NCBI GenBank assembly: GCA_963696295.1
Contig: CAVOJR010000001.1
Location: forward strand, 1,536,001-1,600,000
Origin: an uncultured Chlamydiae bacterium
GTDB taxonomy: Bacteria; Chlamydiota; Chlamydiia; Chlamydiales; JAJFMB01
DNA: 64,000 nucleotides
Reading direction: 5' to 3'
In this document: one piece after another, positions 9,850 through 20,890 of the stretch
How the letters are laid out: each line of letters starts with the position of its first letter
Numbering within the stretch: the stretch's first letter is position 1
Position numbers and translations under genes: made by a program
Notes under the pieces: model-generated
Databases searched by the model: none
What the model was told of the DNA's origin: nothing
The model's input: the letters and a program-made list of their open reading frames with translations, nothing else

Positions 9850-10383
9850 TCAAAGGTATTGTAGTGCTTTCTCATAGGGTTCTTTATAGCGATTTTTAAA
9901 TTTGTAGGTGTCTTCAGGATCTATAGTAAGATAGTCTAAAATTCCTTCTGATATTTGAGCTGAGGCAATTTCAGGGTCAACTAGTCCTCCGCCTCCCTTA
10001 TCTTTATTAAAGATAATTATTTGAACATTTTCTATAGTGAATGGCCGTTTAACTAAAAATTGTTGCAATTCGATGTTGTTATTGATTTGATCCAATAATT
10101 CATGAGCGCATTTTATTAATAATTCTCTTAAGCCATCTATATTTAGACGATTTTTTGTATGAAAAGACAGAGACAGTTTATTTACACATCCTTCTGGCAT
10201 TCCTGCACCTGAGCCTGAAGCTTTTATATTGTATTTTTTCATTATAATTCTAGCCGTTCTTTCTAAGGTCTCATTTACTAGTTGTTCAGCTTTGGAAGGT
10301 GTATAATCTTGACTATTACTTGTCATGATAAAACCTGTAAAAATAGAAAATAAAACCAGTAAAATTATAAAGATATATTTCAT
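9850..10383 (-). CDS. Putative immunity protein of the Rhs toxin, with N-terminal signal/anchor
   Basis: Overlaps the Rhs stop by 4 nt; MKYIFIILLVLFSIFTGF leader; duplicated downstream. Confidence 0.7.
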   Translation of the reverse strand: MKYIFIILLVLFSIFTGFIMTSNSQDYTPSKAEQLVNETLERTARIIMKKYNIKASGSGAGMPEGCVNKLSLSFHTKNRLNIDGLRELLIKCAHELLDQINNNIELQQFLVKRPFTIENVQIIIFNKDKGGGGLVDPEIASAQISEGILDYLTIDPEDTYKFKNRYKEPYEKALQYL

Positions 10384-13300
10384 AAAAATTTTCCTTGGCT
10401 TTGAATATAACTGTCAAGATGTCTTTGCAGGATTTCCTGATAGGTCAAGCTAGTAAATTCATGATCAAAAATGGATGCCCTTTTATGTGAATCCAAGTCA
10501 ATAATAGTTCCCTTAGCTCTTTTTGCTCCAGAGGTATCTATTCTGGGAACGAAATCCCGCCAAGCTTTTGCCCGATAATGATAAACATGTGCACATGTTT
10601 CTAAGTAGATGTAGGCGGCTGGGGCTATGGCAACAACTAATATTCGTTTTCGCAATTCAGGGGGATAATCAAGTAAAGCATTTCTGACGTGTATCGCTCC
10701 TTGACTGTGACATACCATGAGGAAATAAATTTCCGGAGGGCTTTTTTCGAAAAAACTATTCCACATCGCATGTAACTGGTGAACCGGTTCGGTTGCAACA
10801 TAATTCAAACCGTCATAACATTCTGCCAGATCAATACTTGTCCCGTGAGTGGCATTGTATGTGGCGTGAATATTGTAGCCACCAGCAAGCCTTGATATAT
10901 GTTGAGCATTTACTTTTGCCATGTCTAAAGTATTCCAGACTCCATTGATAAATCCAATACCTAATCCTCCAGGTAAATTGGGTAATTCGATGTAGCTCAA
11001 ATCAAAAGTTGTGGAAGGTTCATATGTTGGAAACATCTTTTCAAAATTATAATAAGTTATTTTTGGCTGTGAGGATGAGACTGTTTTTCCAATATCTCCG
11101 CCACGTTTACAAGTACGGTGCTTTTCGCAATAACAATGTGTTTCAACCTCCCCATAAAAGTAATCCTCAAATTTCTCTTGTGAGTTGCTCTCGGTAGCAA
11201 GTCCAAATCGATCTAAATAATTTAATGGGTTATTGTGGAGATAAATGTAGAGATTTGGACCATCTAGGAAACCGGCAGGATCTTGACTGATCCATCTTGT
11301 AGATTGTGGATCATAAAATCGGAGCCCAAAATGAATAAGCCCTGTTCTTTGATTAACGCGTTTTCCAGCAAAACGCCAGGGATTAGCTAATAAAGAAACA
11401 GCTTGAACTTCACCGTTGGCATCGTAAATAGTCTCTTCACCAAAAGCGGTATATTGATATTGTTCTTTCAGTTTGCAATCATTGGAATTAGCTAAAGCAA
11501 CAATGTTACCGGCTTGATCGTGAATGGGTAAATACTTTTCACCTTGTAACTCAAGGGCAACGCTCTTCAAAGAGAGTTCGTCACCAGCTAAACCCGGAAC
11601 TTTTAGAGATTCTATGTTTCCTTTTTCATCAAGAGAACCAATCTCCTGATAGCCTACATACATGTATCTCGATGTGCAAAGCGTGTTTTTGATTTTGCCA
11701 TTGATCTGGAGATGTTTTTCAACCAAAAGCCTGCCTAACGGATCATACGTAAAGGTAAGTGTTGGTTGACCAAGTTGTTTTACAGTAACCAGCTGTGAAA
11801 GAAGATCGCTTTCAAAACGGGTTTCTTCACCATCAAGGATTTTTCTTAAAAGATTTCCATGCTGATCGTAAAAAAATTCTGCTTTTGATTGTGAAATTAA
11901 TTGATTTAGAGAATTGTATAAAAACTCATCATTACAAGCTTTTATGCAATTTCCCAAAGAGTCGTAGGCATAATTTTTTGTATTTATTTTTTTTCTGTGG
12001 TGAGCTGGGAAAGGCCATTGTACGAATATTCTTCGTGATTCTTTCCATTTATTTCGATCAAACGACCCATAAAGTCTCGCGAGTATTCTTCGTTAAAAAA
12101 ACTGTCCTTCGTTGCAATTAATTGACCATTATGATTATACGTATATTCTTTTGAGCCTGCGCACCCCATATATGTTTCGGATAATAATTTTCCCAAACTG
12201 TTATATTTATCATAAGTATGCGTATAGAGAACTTCTCCAGCTGCAGAAATCCTCTTAACTTGACGACCATAAAGAGCATCATAAAAATAGCCAATTTTTG
12301 AGTTATCAGGTAGGGCAATTTCTTTGATACGGCCTTTACGATCATAGGCAAATTCAAGGGTATAGGATCCCTCTCCATCTTTGATTGTCTCCTTAATCAG
12401 CTGATCAAAGTCATTATAGGCTCTTTCGAAAGAAGGGCCTTTTAATTCGCTGGCAGCTTTTAAATTTCCATTGCTATCGTAGGAATAATTAAAAAGCATG
12501 CGCTGATTTGTTTTCCGATCTTCTGCCTCCAATTTCCGAAGTCTTCCTTCAGTATTATATGTATAATTGATTGACCATTCCATTCCGTGAATGGTCCTCG
12601 TCGCTATTTTTCCCTGTGAATTATATCCGTAAAAGTATCGTTTTTCTAAAGGAGAGCCCGCAGCATGTATCTCTTCTTGCACTTTACCCATCGAATCATG
12701 AATCCAGCAAATTTTCTGAGAGTCAATGATTTTTCCCTCCCAAATTTGGTCGTGAATTTCACAAGCCTTGTTGCCAAGGGTATCATAGAGAATCTTTTGA
12801 GATGATAAAAGAGCCCCCATCTCATCTTTTTTTATTATGGAATAAACCCTGTTAAGTGCATCAAACTCAATTTCTGTTTGCACGCCATGAGGATTTATAA
12901 TCGTTTTTTTTAGAACTAATTGACCCAATGCATTTGCATATGAGTTATCTATAATAATCTTTGTTTCTTGACCAAGAGAGTCTAAATACGTGATCGGCTC
13001 TCCGTCAGCATTGTATATTGTATGAAGCAGAGAAACTCCATTTTCAAGGTTATACTCTTCCAGACACTTGCCATGGCTGTTGTAAGTAAAGCCTTTGCCG
13101 ATTAACAAGTTACCTTGGAAGTCTTTGATACTTTTTTCGATGATATTTCCTGAAAGATCATATTTTAAACATTCCAATGAATAGTCTTGAGGGCCTTTAT
13201 CAAACCAGACTCTCTTTTGATTTAAACGGCCAAGAGGGTCATAAAAAAAGTCTGTTCTTCGTGATTCATGATCATTTTCCTCTTTCTTTTCACCATATTC

Positions 13301-15838
13301 AATAATAGAAGAAAGTCTGCCGGTGGGATCGTGATAGAACCGTTTAATCCGTTTGTTTTCCTTTTCATAAATGCACCTGAAGCCGTTATATTTGCGTGTT
13401 TTTCCTTTTAAAAATGAATAAACACCAAATTGCCAAATTGTTGAACATTCCTCATAAATATTTCTTCCTAAGTAATCATATTCATATACAATTAGGATTT
13501 GATCGCGCGACAATGAACGATGTAGGCTACCTTCAGTGTCATATTTAAATAGTTCGAAAGTTCCATCTGGATATATTATTTTTGTGGGGTCTCCTCTTAA
13601 ATTATAACTTTTTTTAGTTAAAAAACCCTTTGGATCTTGAATGGTAAGAACGTTTCCGAAAATATCATAAGTATAGTTAAAAGTCGGTCTGACAACTTGA
13701 TAAATTTCATCAAATACTTCTGGATGAATGACTTTTATTAATCTATGGAAAGTATCATATATAAAATGTGTAGCGTGGCCAAATCGATCCGTTGATGATA
13801 CTTTTCTACCAAGGAGATCATAAATAAAGTGAAGGGAAAATTGGCCTTCGGGGGTCATTTCAATTGTTTTGATAGGTTGATTATGGAAGTCAAAAACGGT
13901 GTGTATAGTTTTATTTTCTTGGGGAAAAGCTATTGAAATTTGATTGCCAACTTCATCATAGGCATAACTAACCTCTTTACAGGCTTTATCTATTTCTAAT
14001 ATAACTCGACCTTTGGCATTGTAGGATCTTTTTTCCGCAAAGGCAAATTTATCGTTTGTATCGTAGGTACTGGAAGATAAAAGATTAGATTGTTCATCAT
14101 AAACATTAACCAACTTCTTAATCAGAATCTCTTCTTTATTTTTGAGATCTAATGCTTTTTCTATAATAATTTCTGGAAAGCCAACTCCCGGAAGAGTTTC
14201 TTTGGGTTTAATTTCTTTAATATGTCTTTCATTGACTCCACAATCATAGATTCTGCTTTCTTCTTCTTGAGATCCGTCATCTTCAACAATTCTAACGCAT
14301 ACTCCATCTTCATTATAGGTATAGAAAGTTCTTTTTTTTATTGTACCTTTGTCAAAAATGAGTTTTTTTAAGAGTAGATTAGTTCCTTTTTTATAATTGT
14401 ATGTCGTTTGATTGCCCTTGCAATCACCTATTTTGGTTAACAAGTTAAATCCATCGGTTGAATAACCAAATGTTTTTACATGACATTCTTGTTCTTCGGG
14501 CTTAACCAATTTACCTTCAGGAGATACTTGGAGAAATACTTCTTGTTTGCCCGTTAAATTTCCATAAAGCCTCTCTTCAATGACATTTCCTGATTTATCA
14601 TATTGAAAAGACCGATAAGAATAGATCCGCTCTTTGTCAGCCCCAATAGTTTTTGCAAGCAGTAGCCCTGCATCAGCTACCGTATTACCCCAGAACATCT
14701 GTTCCTTTCGGTAGAGCTGATTTTGCTCATCGTATCTTTCAATGCTTGTTAACTGTAAACACTTGTCATAAAAATATCTGACCTTATGGCCCAAGGCGTT
14801 AAAAACATCCGTAAAATCCGATCCGTATGTGATTGAGTAAATAATTGAAGGATATCCGGTTTGAGGGTGAGGTCCTTTTAGAAATTTGACTTTTCCATTC
14901 TCATAATCGATTTCTAGAAAACGCCCTTCTGGAAGTGATTTTTTTACTAAAACATCTTGATAAGAATAAGTGGCAGGGATTACATGTGATCCTTCCACTT
15001 TTGTTAATCGATAAATATTATTTTCCAACAATAGATAATAAATAAGCGATTTTGCATCACTTGTCTCAATTTGTACTCGACACTCATTATCATGAAAAAC
15101 ATAAGTAAAGTAAATCCATGAAAAGGTTTTTGTTGACGCTTTATTTTTCATTTCAACTGAAACGAGATGCCCGTAGTTATCATATGAGAAGAAAAGTTGA
15201 TTCCCACTCGGGAGTATTTCTTGTTGTAAAAGGTAATATTCGGGATCTTTAACATTAGAAGCCTGCAAAGAAATTAATTTTTCACCAAGAAATAGCGATG
15301 GCAATTGTTGCACTTGTTTATAAACCCGCTTTGTGCCGTCTCCTAAGATTAATTCATACTTATCTCCCTTACAGTAAAGACGATTGTTCTGATGATTAGT
15401 TTGTCCCTTGATTTCTCCGGCATAAGTATTAACCATCCCTGCAACTTTTTCCAATCTGAGAGGCTCATCGGGCATGCCATTTGTATTTCTCCAACCACTA
15501 TAAGGAAGGATTCCACCGGAACGCTCACCAGCAAAAGCAAGGGCTTTGAATTGCTCATGGCTGGTTTCGGAAGGATCCTTGCCAATAACCAGGAATCTTT
15601 GTGGAAATATGCTCCATTCCCCTCCAAGATTATTTGCGGAATAAAATCTTTGCAAAATTAAAGCGTCAGGTCCTGCTATTACCAGATCTGTGGCTGATTC
15701 ACAATACTCTCCACTGATGATATTCACACAGTTTAGCAAGTAAGCTTCAGGATCTGATTCAGTGGAAATGTATTGTATTTGGTTTGCTGCTAGAAGCGGA
15801 AAAAAGACGAATAAAAAAAAATGCCAAACGCAAGTCAT
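10380..15838 (-). CDS. Rhs/YD-repeat polymorphic toxin (about 1,820 aa if rejoined) with Sec signal and C-terminal alpha/beta-hydrolase (lipase-like) domain; split at an A8 tract
   Basis: N-terminal VNIISGEYCESATDL..LQRFYS; many YDxxGN/YDxLGR repeats; Rhs core end RFYDPQSTRWISQDPAGFLDGPNLYIYLHNNPLNYLDRFGL; CHSQG nucleophile elbow. One extra A at 11987-11994 joins the 1284-aa and 525-aa ORFs (..TEKKINTKNYAYDSLGNCI..). Confidence 0.9.
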
Positions 15839-15909
15839 AATGCTTCCTTGTTTGGGTTTTCGAAAAATGGAACGAAAATATACAATAAATCAATTTGAAC
15901 GCAAGAGAA

Positions 15910-16576
15910 TTATTTGTAGTTTGGCAAAAGGTATTGCTTTCTCACTTCGAGGAAAGTTGAGCGCTCTTTTTCGTGCAGCCCTTTCAGCTGATAAACAATA
16001 TGTTTCACATCTTTGACCAGCTGATACACCTCTTCCGTGCCGTTGACTTTGCAAAACATCTCTTTTCTGGCCGAGGAGGCCTCTAAGGCTTCCTTGAATT
16101 GCTTGGGGTAGAGGCTCTTGAGAATTCCGATGATCAGGTATTGAGTGGTGACCGGCTTGAAAATTTTGGGGTCGGTGATGACGATCAGCACTCCCTGGCA
16201 GTCCTTGTGGGCAAAGCGGCCGAAGAAGGGGCGGTAGTGGAACGGCTTGAAATGGACGCCCGGAAAATTTTGTTTATTGAGGTTTTGCGCAAAGAGATCG
16301 GCGTTGATCCAGGGCGCGCCGACGACTTTGAAGGGCAGAGTGTAGCCGATGCCGATGTTGACGAGCTGCAGCTCCCCTAAGATGCCGGTGGCGGGGTAGT
16401 AAAGCGCCGTCGAGGGCTCGGGCATTTGCGGGCTGGCGGGCACCCAGGTGAGTCCGGTGTCGCTGAAGCTCATCTCGCGGCGCCACCCCTCCATGGGCAC
16501 CACGGTAAGGCGGCAGCCGACTTTGTATTCTCCGTTGAAGAGCTGGGCGAGCTCGCCGATCGTCATGCCATGGCAG
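15910..16576 (-). pseudogene. namZ: 5'-truncated duplicate of the namZ 3' half
   Basis: About 15930-16576 is nearly identical to 21024-21670 (offset 5094); the differences I spotted are synonymous substitutions. Confidence 0.9.
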
Positions 16577-17290
16577 CCATGCTTGGGTTCACGAAAAAGG
16601 AATGTTTATCGGGCAACTTAAAACCGTTGAGAAATCCAATGAAATTACAGCAATTCCTAATCTACTAGAGCAGATTGACATCAGTGGAGCTACAATCTCT
16701 ATTGATGCAGCAGGTTGTCAAAAAAATATAGTAAAAACTATTCGCAAGGCAGGAGGAAACTACTTATTGGCTGTGAAAGAAAATCAGCCCAAACTTTACG
16801 ACGAAACGGTGAACTTGTTTAATGAAGCCAGGAAGGTTAATTTTAAGTATGTTCTGAACTGCGGCCGCCATGAAAATATAGAGACAAAATCGGGTCGTAT
16901 TGAAAAGAGGAGCATAACTATCATCAGCGATCCATCTGAAATATTTACAGCAGAAGAGTGGGAGGGTTTGGAAACGCTAGTTGAGGTTATCAATGAAACA
17001 GCTACATTAAAGAGCGGAAAAGTCTCTACAGAAAAACGGTATTATATTATAGAAAGCGCATAGGAGTTTAAAGACCGCGTAAGAGGTCATTGGGGGGTTG
17101 TGCATTGGACACTCGATGTAACGTTCAAAGAAGACGAGTCCCGGGCAAACACCCTGCACTCAGCAGTAAATTTAGGAACATTAAGGAGAGCTGCTTTGAA
17201 TATTGTGAAAAGTGACAAGCAAAATGGAATGTGGACGGAAGCATTATAAAACAGATCCTTGAAGCTCTTTTTGCTGTCAAATCTTTTTAA
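16577..17290 (+). mobile_element. ISAs1-family transposase remnant (5'-truncated, interrupted)
   Basis: HAWVHEKGMFIGQLKTVEKSNEITAIPNLL, ISIDAAGCQK, GGNYLLAVKENQ and GRIEKR; after the stop at 17063, VRGHWG..HWTLDVTFKEDESR..NLGTLRRAALNIVK; no terminal IRs identified. Confidence 0.85.
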
Positions 17291-17314
17291 TCAAAAAATT
17301 GAAATAAATTTTAT

Positions 17315-17351
17315 ACGCAGCCACATCGCCTTCCGGAAATGAGTTGTGGCT
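17315..17351. repeat. 37-bp hairpin, copy 2 (probable terminator of the SprB-repeat gene)
   Basis: acgcagccacatcgccttccggaaatgagttgtggct, 70 nt downstream of the minus-strand stop at 17421. Confidence 0.85.
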
Positions 17352-17420
17352 GGGAATTATGAAGAAGGAAGAGAGCTCTGTTTAAAAAAAGCAGAAGGGG
17401 ACCACTTTCGTTTAGTCAGC

Positions 17421-20400
17421 TCAATTGCATTTGGTTAGGATCCTTAAGTCATAATTGAGAAGCTTTTTCTCACCATCTTGTTGATAAATGACCAAGATAT
17501 GCTTTTGCTGTGCAGGATAGAAGAGGAACGATTTTGAAGAATCGATGAGAATTCTAGAAGCTGCAAGGTTATTTTCCAACGGAGATTGCGGATTAAAATG
17601 ATCCACATACGTTAATGCAAACATCTCCGAATCACTTTTGTTCTCTACTATGGCGCAAACCGGCACATCCATAGAGTTTTGCGTTGAGAAAGTATACGCA
17701 TGGTAAGTAAAGGTGCCCGCTAGCTGATCATTGTTTGAATAAGGAATGTCTTCTTCAATACCTGCAAGTTGATCTACCCCTTCAAAGTTACCGGCAGAGG
17801 GATTGCATATGACATGATTAAATAGGAGATTATTATAAGCAAACTTAAGGATTCCTGATGGCATTTGGAGGGTAAGTTGATCATCTAATTCCAATGCCAT
17901 ATCCTTTCCAAAGTCATCTATTTCAGGCGTTTTGTATTCCTGGAAATCCTCTAAAACAGGAAGATTCAAGGCGAAAGAATTGGCACTCATTGTACAAGTC
18001 AAAATTACAGGTTGAGAGATCACTATGCAGCCTGGTTCATCCATGACACCGGGATAGTATGTGCCAGCGCCCAAGTTTGTAAAGGTGCCGGAACTCGCCC
18101 AATTTGCCCCATTATCAATTGTGTATTGATAGGGCGGTGTACCTCCAGATGCACCAATAATTATTTGGCCATTGTCACAGTCAGGAGGGTTTGAGGGATT
18201 AGTGGGGGCAAGGTTTGATATCATTAAATCATCAGTTGATACAGGCGTTAGTGTGACATTTTGCGCGGCACTAAGACAGTTGTTAGCATCTTTAACAAGC
18301 AGTGTGTAGGGACCCCCTGGAAGATTGTTAAAGACATTTGAACTTTGAAAGGTTGTTCCATTATCAAGTGAGTATTGATAGGGAGCTGTACCTCCTGATG
18401 CAGTAATAATAATGCTGCCATCGGCACTATTAGCACATGTAGGATTAGTAAATGAATAGGTAAACGAAAGCGCAGTTAGTGTCACAGTTTGCGGTGTACT
18501 GAGACAGCCATTAGCATCTTGAACGACCACAGTGTAGCTGCCGGCCGTAAGATTGGAAAATATATTCGAGGGTTGATAGCTCATCCCGTTATCACTTGAG
18601 TATTGATACGGAGATGCGCCTCCGGATGCTGTGACGGTAATGGAGCCGGTGCTGCTGGCACAAGAATAAGTAGTTGTATAGGTGAAGGTAATGGATGGAC
18701 TTGTGAGTGTCACAGTTTGCGGTGTACTGAGACAGCCATTAGCATCTTGAACGACCACAGTGTAGCTGCCGGCCGCAAGATTGGTAAAAGTATTCGAGGG
18801 TTGATAGCTCATCCCGTTATCACTTGAGTATTGATACGGAGATGCACCTCCGGAAGCTGTGACGGTAATGGAGCCGGTGCTGCTGAAACAAGAATAAGTA
18901 GTTGTATAGGTGAAGGTAATGGATGGACTTGTGAGTGTCACAGTTTGCGGTGGACTGAGACAGCCATTAGCATCTTGAACGACCACAGTGTAGCTACCGG
19001 CCGCAAGATTGGAAAATATATTCGAAGGTTGATAGCTCATCCCGTTATCACTTGAGTATTGATACGGAGATGCGCCTCCGGATGCTGTGACGGTAATGGA
19101 GCCGGTGCTGCTGACACAAGAATAAGCAGTTGTATAGGTGAAGGTAATGGATGGACTTGCGAGTGTCACAGTTTGCGGTGGACTGAGACAGCCATTAGCA
19201 TCTTGAACGACCACAGTGTAGCTGCCGGCCGCAAGATTGGAAAATATATTCGAAGGTTGATAGCTCATCCCGTTATCACTTGAGTATTGATACGGAGATG
19301 CGCCTCCGGAAGCTGTGACGGTAATGGAGCCGGTGCTGCTGACACAAGAATAAGTAGTTGTATAGGTGAAGGTAATGGATGGACTTGTGAGTGTCACAGT
19401 TTGCGGTTGACTGAGACAGCTATTAGCATCTTGAACGACCACATTATAGCTGCCGGCCGCAAGATTGGAAAATATATTCGAGGTTTGATAGCTCATCCCA
19501 TTATCAATTGAGTATTGATAGGGAGATTTACCGCCGGATACTGAAAGACCGATACTACCATTTGAACTTCCAAAACATGGATTCTGAATTGATGTTACGA
19601 ATACCTCTACGGGGAGAGTATCAAAGGGAAGAAAACTTGGTTGAGAGGTGCAATTATTGCTATCCTTAGCTACGACTGTGTAACTTCCATTTCCCAGATT
19701 GTTGAAAGTTGAAGAGTTAAAATAGTTGGCTCCCCCATCAATCGAGTATTGATAGGGGGGATTGCCGCCTATTGCATTGATGACAATGCTGCCATTGGTA
19801 AGGGTACTGCAGGTTGGTGGTGTACCTATAAAAGTAATTGAAATGGAGGATAGTTGTACTGTCGTCGATCCTAGACAACCCGTGTTATCTCGAACGACCA
19901 GATTGTAGCTATTTGCCGCGAGATTATTGAAAGTTGGGGATGTTTGAAAGGTTACCCCATCAATCGAGTAAGAATAGGGGCCTGTGCCACCCGTTGCAGT
20001 AATAGAAATGCTTCCATTAGAAGTATTAGGGCAGGGATTGACAATCAACGTATTGATAGTAATGGGGTTAGTATTTGTCAGTGTTGCAGATCCCGAATTC
20101 GTGCAGCCATTGCTGTCTTTAACAACCAAGGAGTAGGTGCCCTGATTCAGGCCTGTGAAAACATTGGACGTTTGATAGGATACGCCGCCGTTGATCGAGT
20201 ATTGATAGGGGGGGTTCCGCCTGTTGCATTTATTGTGATGTTGCCGCATGAATTATTTATCATCGTCGAGAAGCTAATATCACAGGCTTTCCCTAATGTC
20301 ACCGAGCCGTAAAGGAGGCGATTCTCGCAGTCTTTAATGACAACACTGTAGGTCCCCCCGGCCAGACCTTTGAAAACATTCGATGATTGAAAAGCGCCTT

Positions 20401-20890
20401 GATTTAGAGAATACTGATACGGAGGCGTGCCCCCTGAAGCATTGATGATGATGATGCCATTGGTGCCCCCACCAGTAGGATTAGTGGTGGCCGCGGTGAA
20501 AGAAATTTGCCGGTGCTTGCAACACTTGGTATAATCTGTTTTCTTGGAAGGCCCTAAGGTGATAATTAAAGGGCAGCTTTCCACACCGTTTGCTGTAAAA
20601 GAAACCAGTTTGTAGGTGTAATTCCTGCTTGCTATGCGATTCTGCACGGTTACCGTTTTCGGCTCTTGCGCTGTGGTTTCTGAAACCAGTATTTTATTTT
20701 GGTAGATCCGGTAGCCAACCACCTGGGAATTCGCGCTGGGACCCCAGCTTAATACATGGGTGTCCTGAACCACCTTTCCCGAAAAAAAAGTGGGCGCAAG
20801 AGAGCAATTCGGATCGCATTTGAACTGATTAGCTGAAAGATTCCAGGGAAGTAATAAGATCCATAAAAATAAATAAACTCTGGATAGCAT
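17421..20890 (-). CDS. Secreted FN3-like plus SprB-repeat adhesin-like protein (about 1,156 aa if rejoined); split at a C7 tract
   Basis: Signal peptide MLSRVYLFLWILLLPWNLSA; FN3-like LSWGPSANSQVVGYRIY..YTYKLVSF; repeated C..GSITxxASGGxxPYQYS..FxNLxAGxYxVVVxDxNxC units. One extra C at 20208-20214 joins the two ORFs (GGTPPYQYS). Confidence 0.85.
18479..19515 (-). repeat. Near-identical 228-bp (76-aa) tandem repeats, about 4.5 copies, inside the SprB-repeat gene
   Basis: Units start near 18479, 18707, 18935, 19163 and 19391; shadow ORFs recur at exactly 228-nt spacing. Confidence 0.95.

Noticed and set aside
18479..19515. Regular repeats as a CRISPR array or as repeated 74-aa plus-strand genes
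   Set aside because: Contiguous 228-bp coding repeats with no unique spacers and no cas genes; the plus-strand ORFs are antisense shadows
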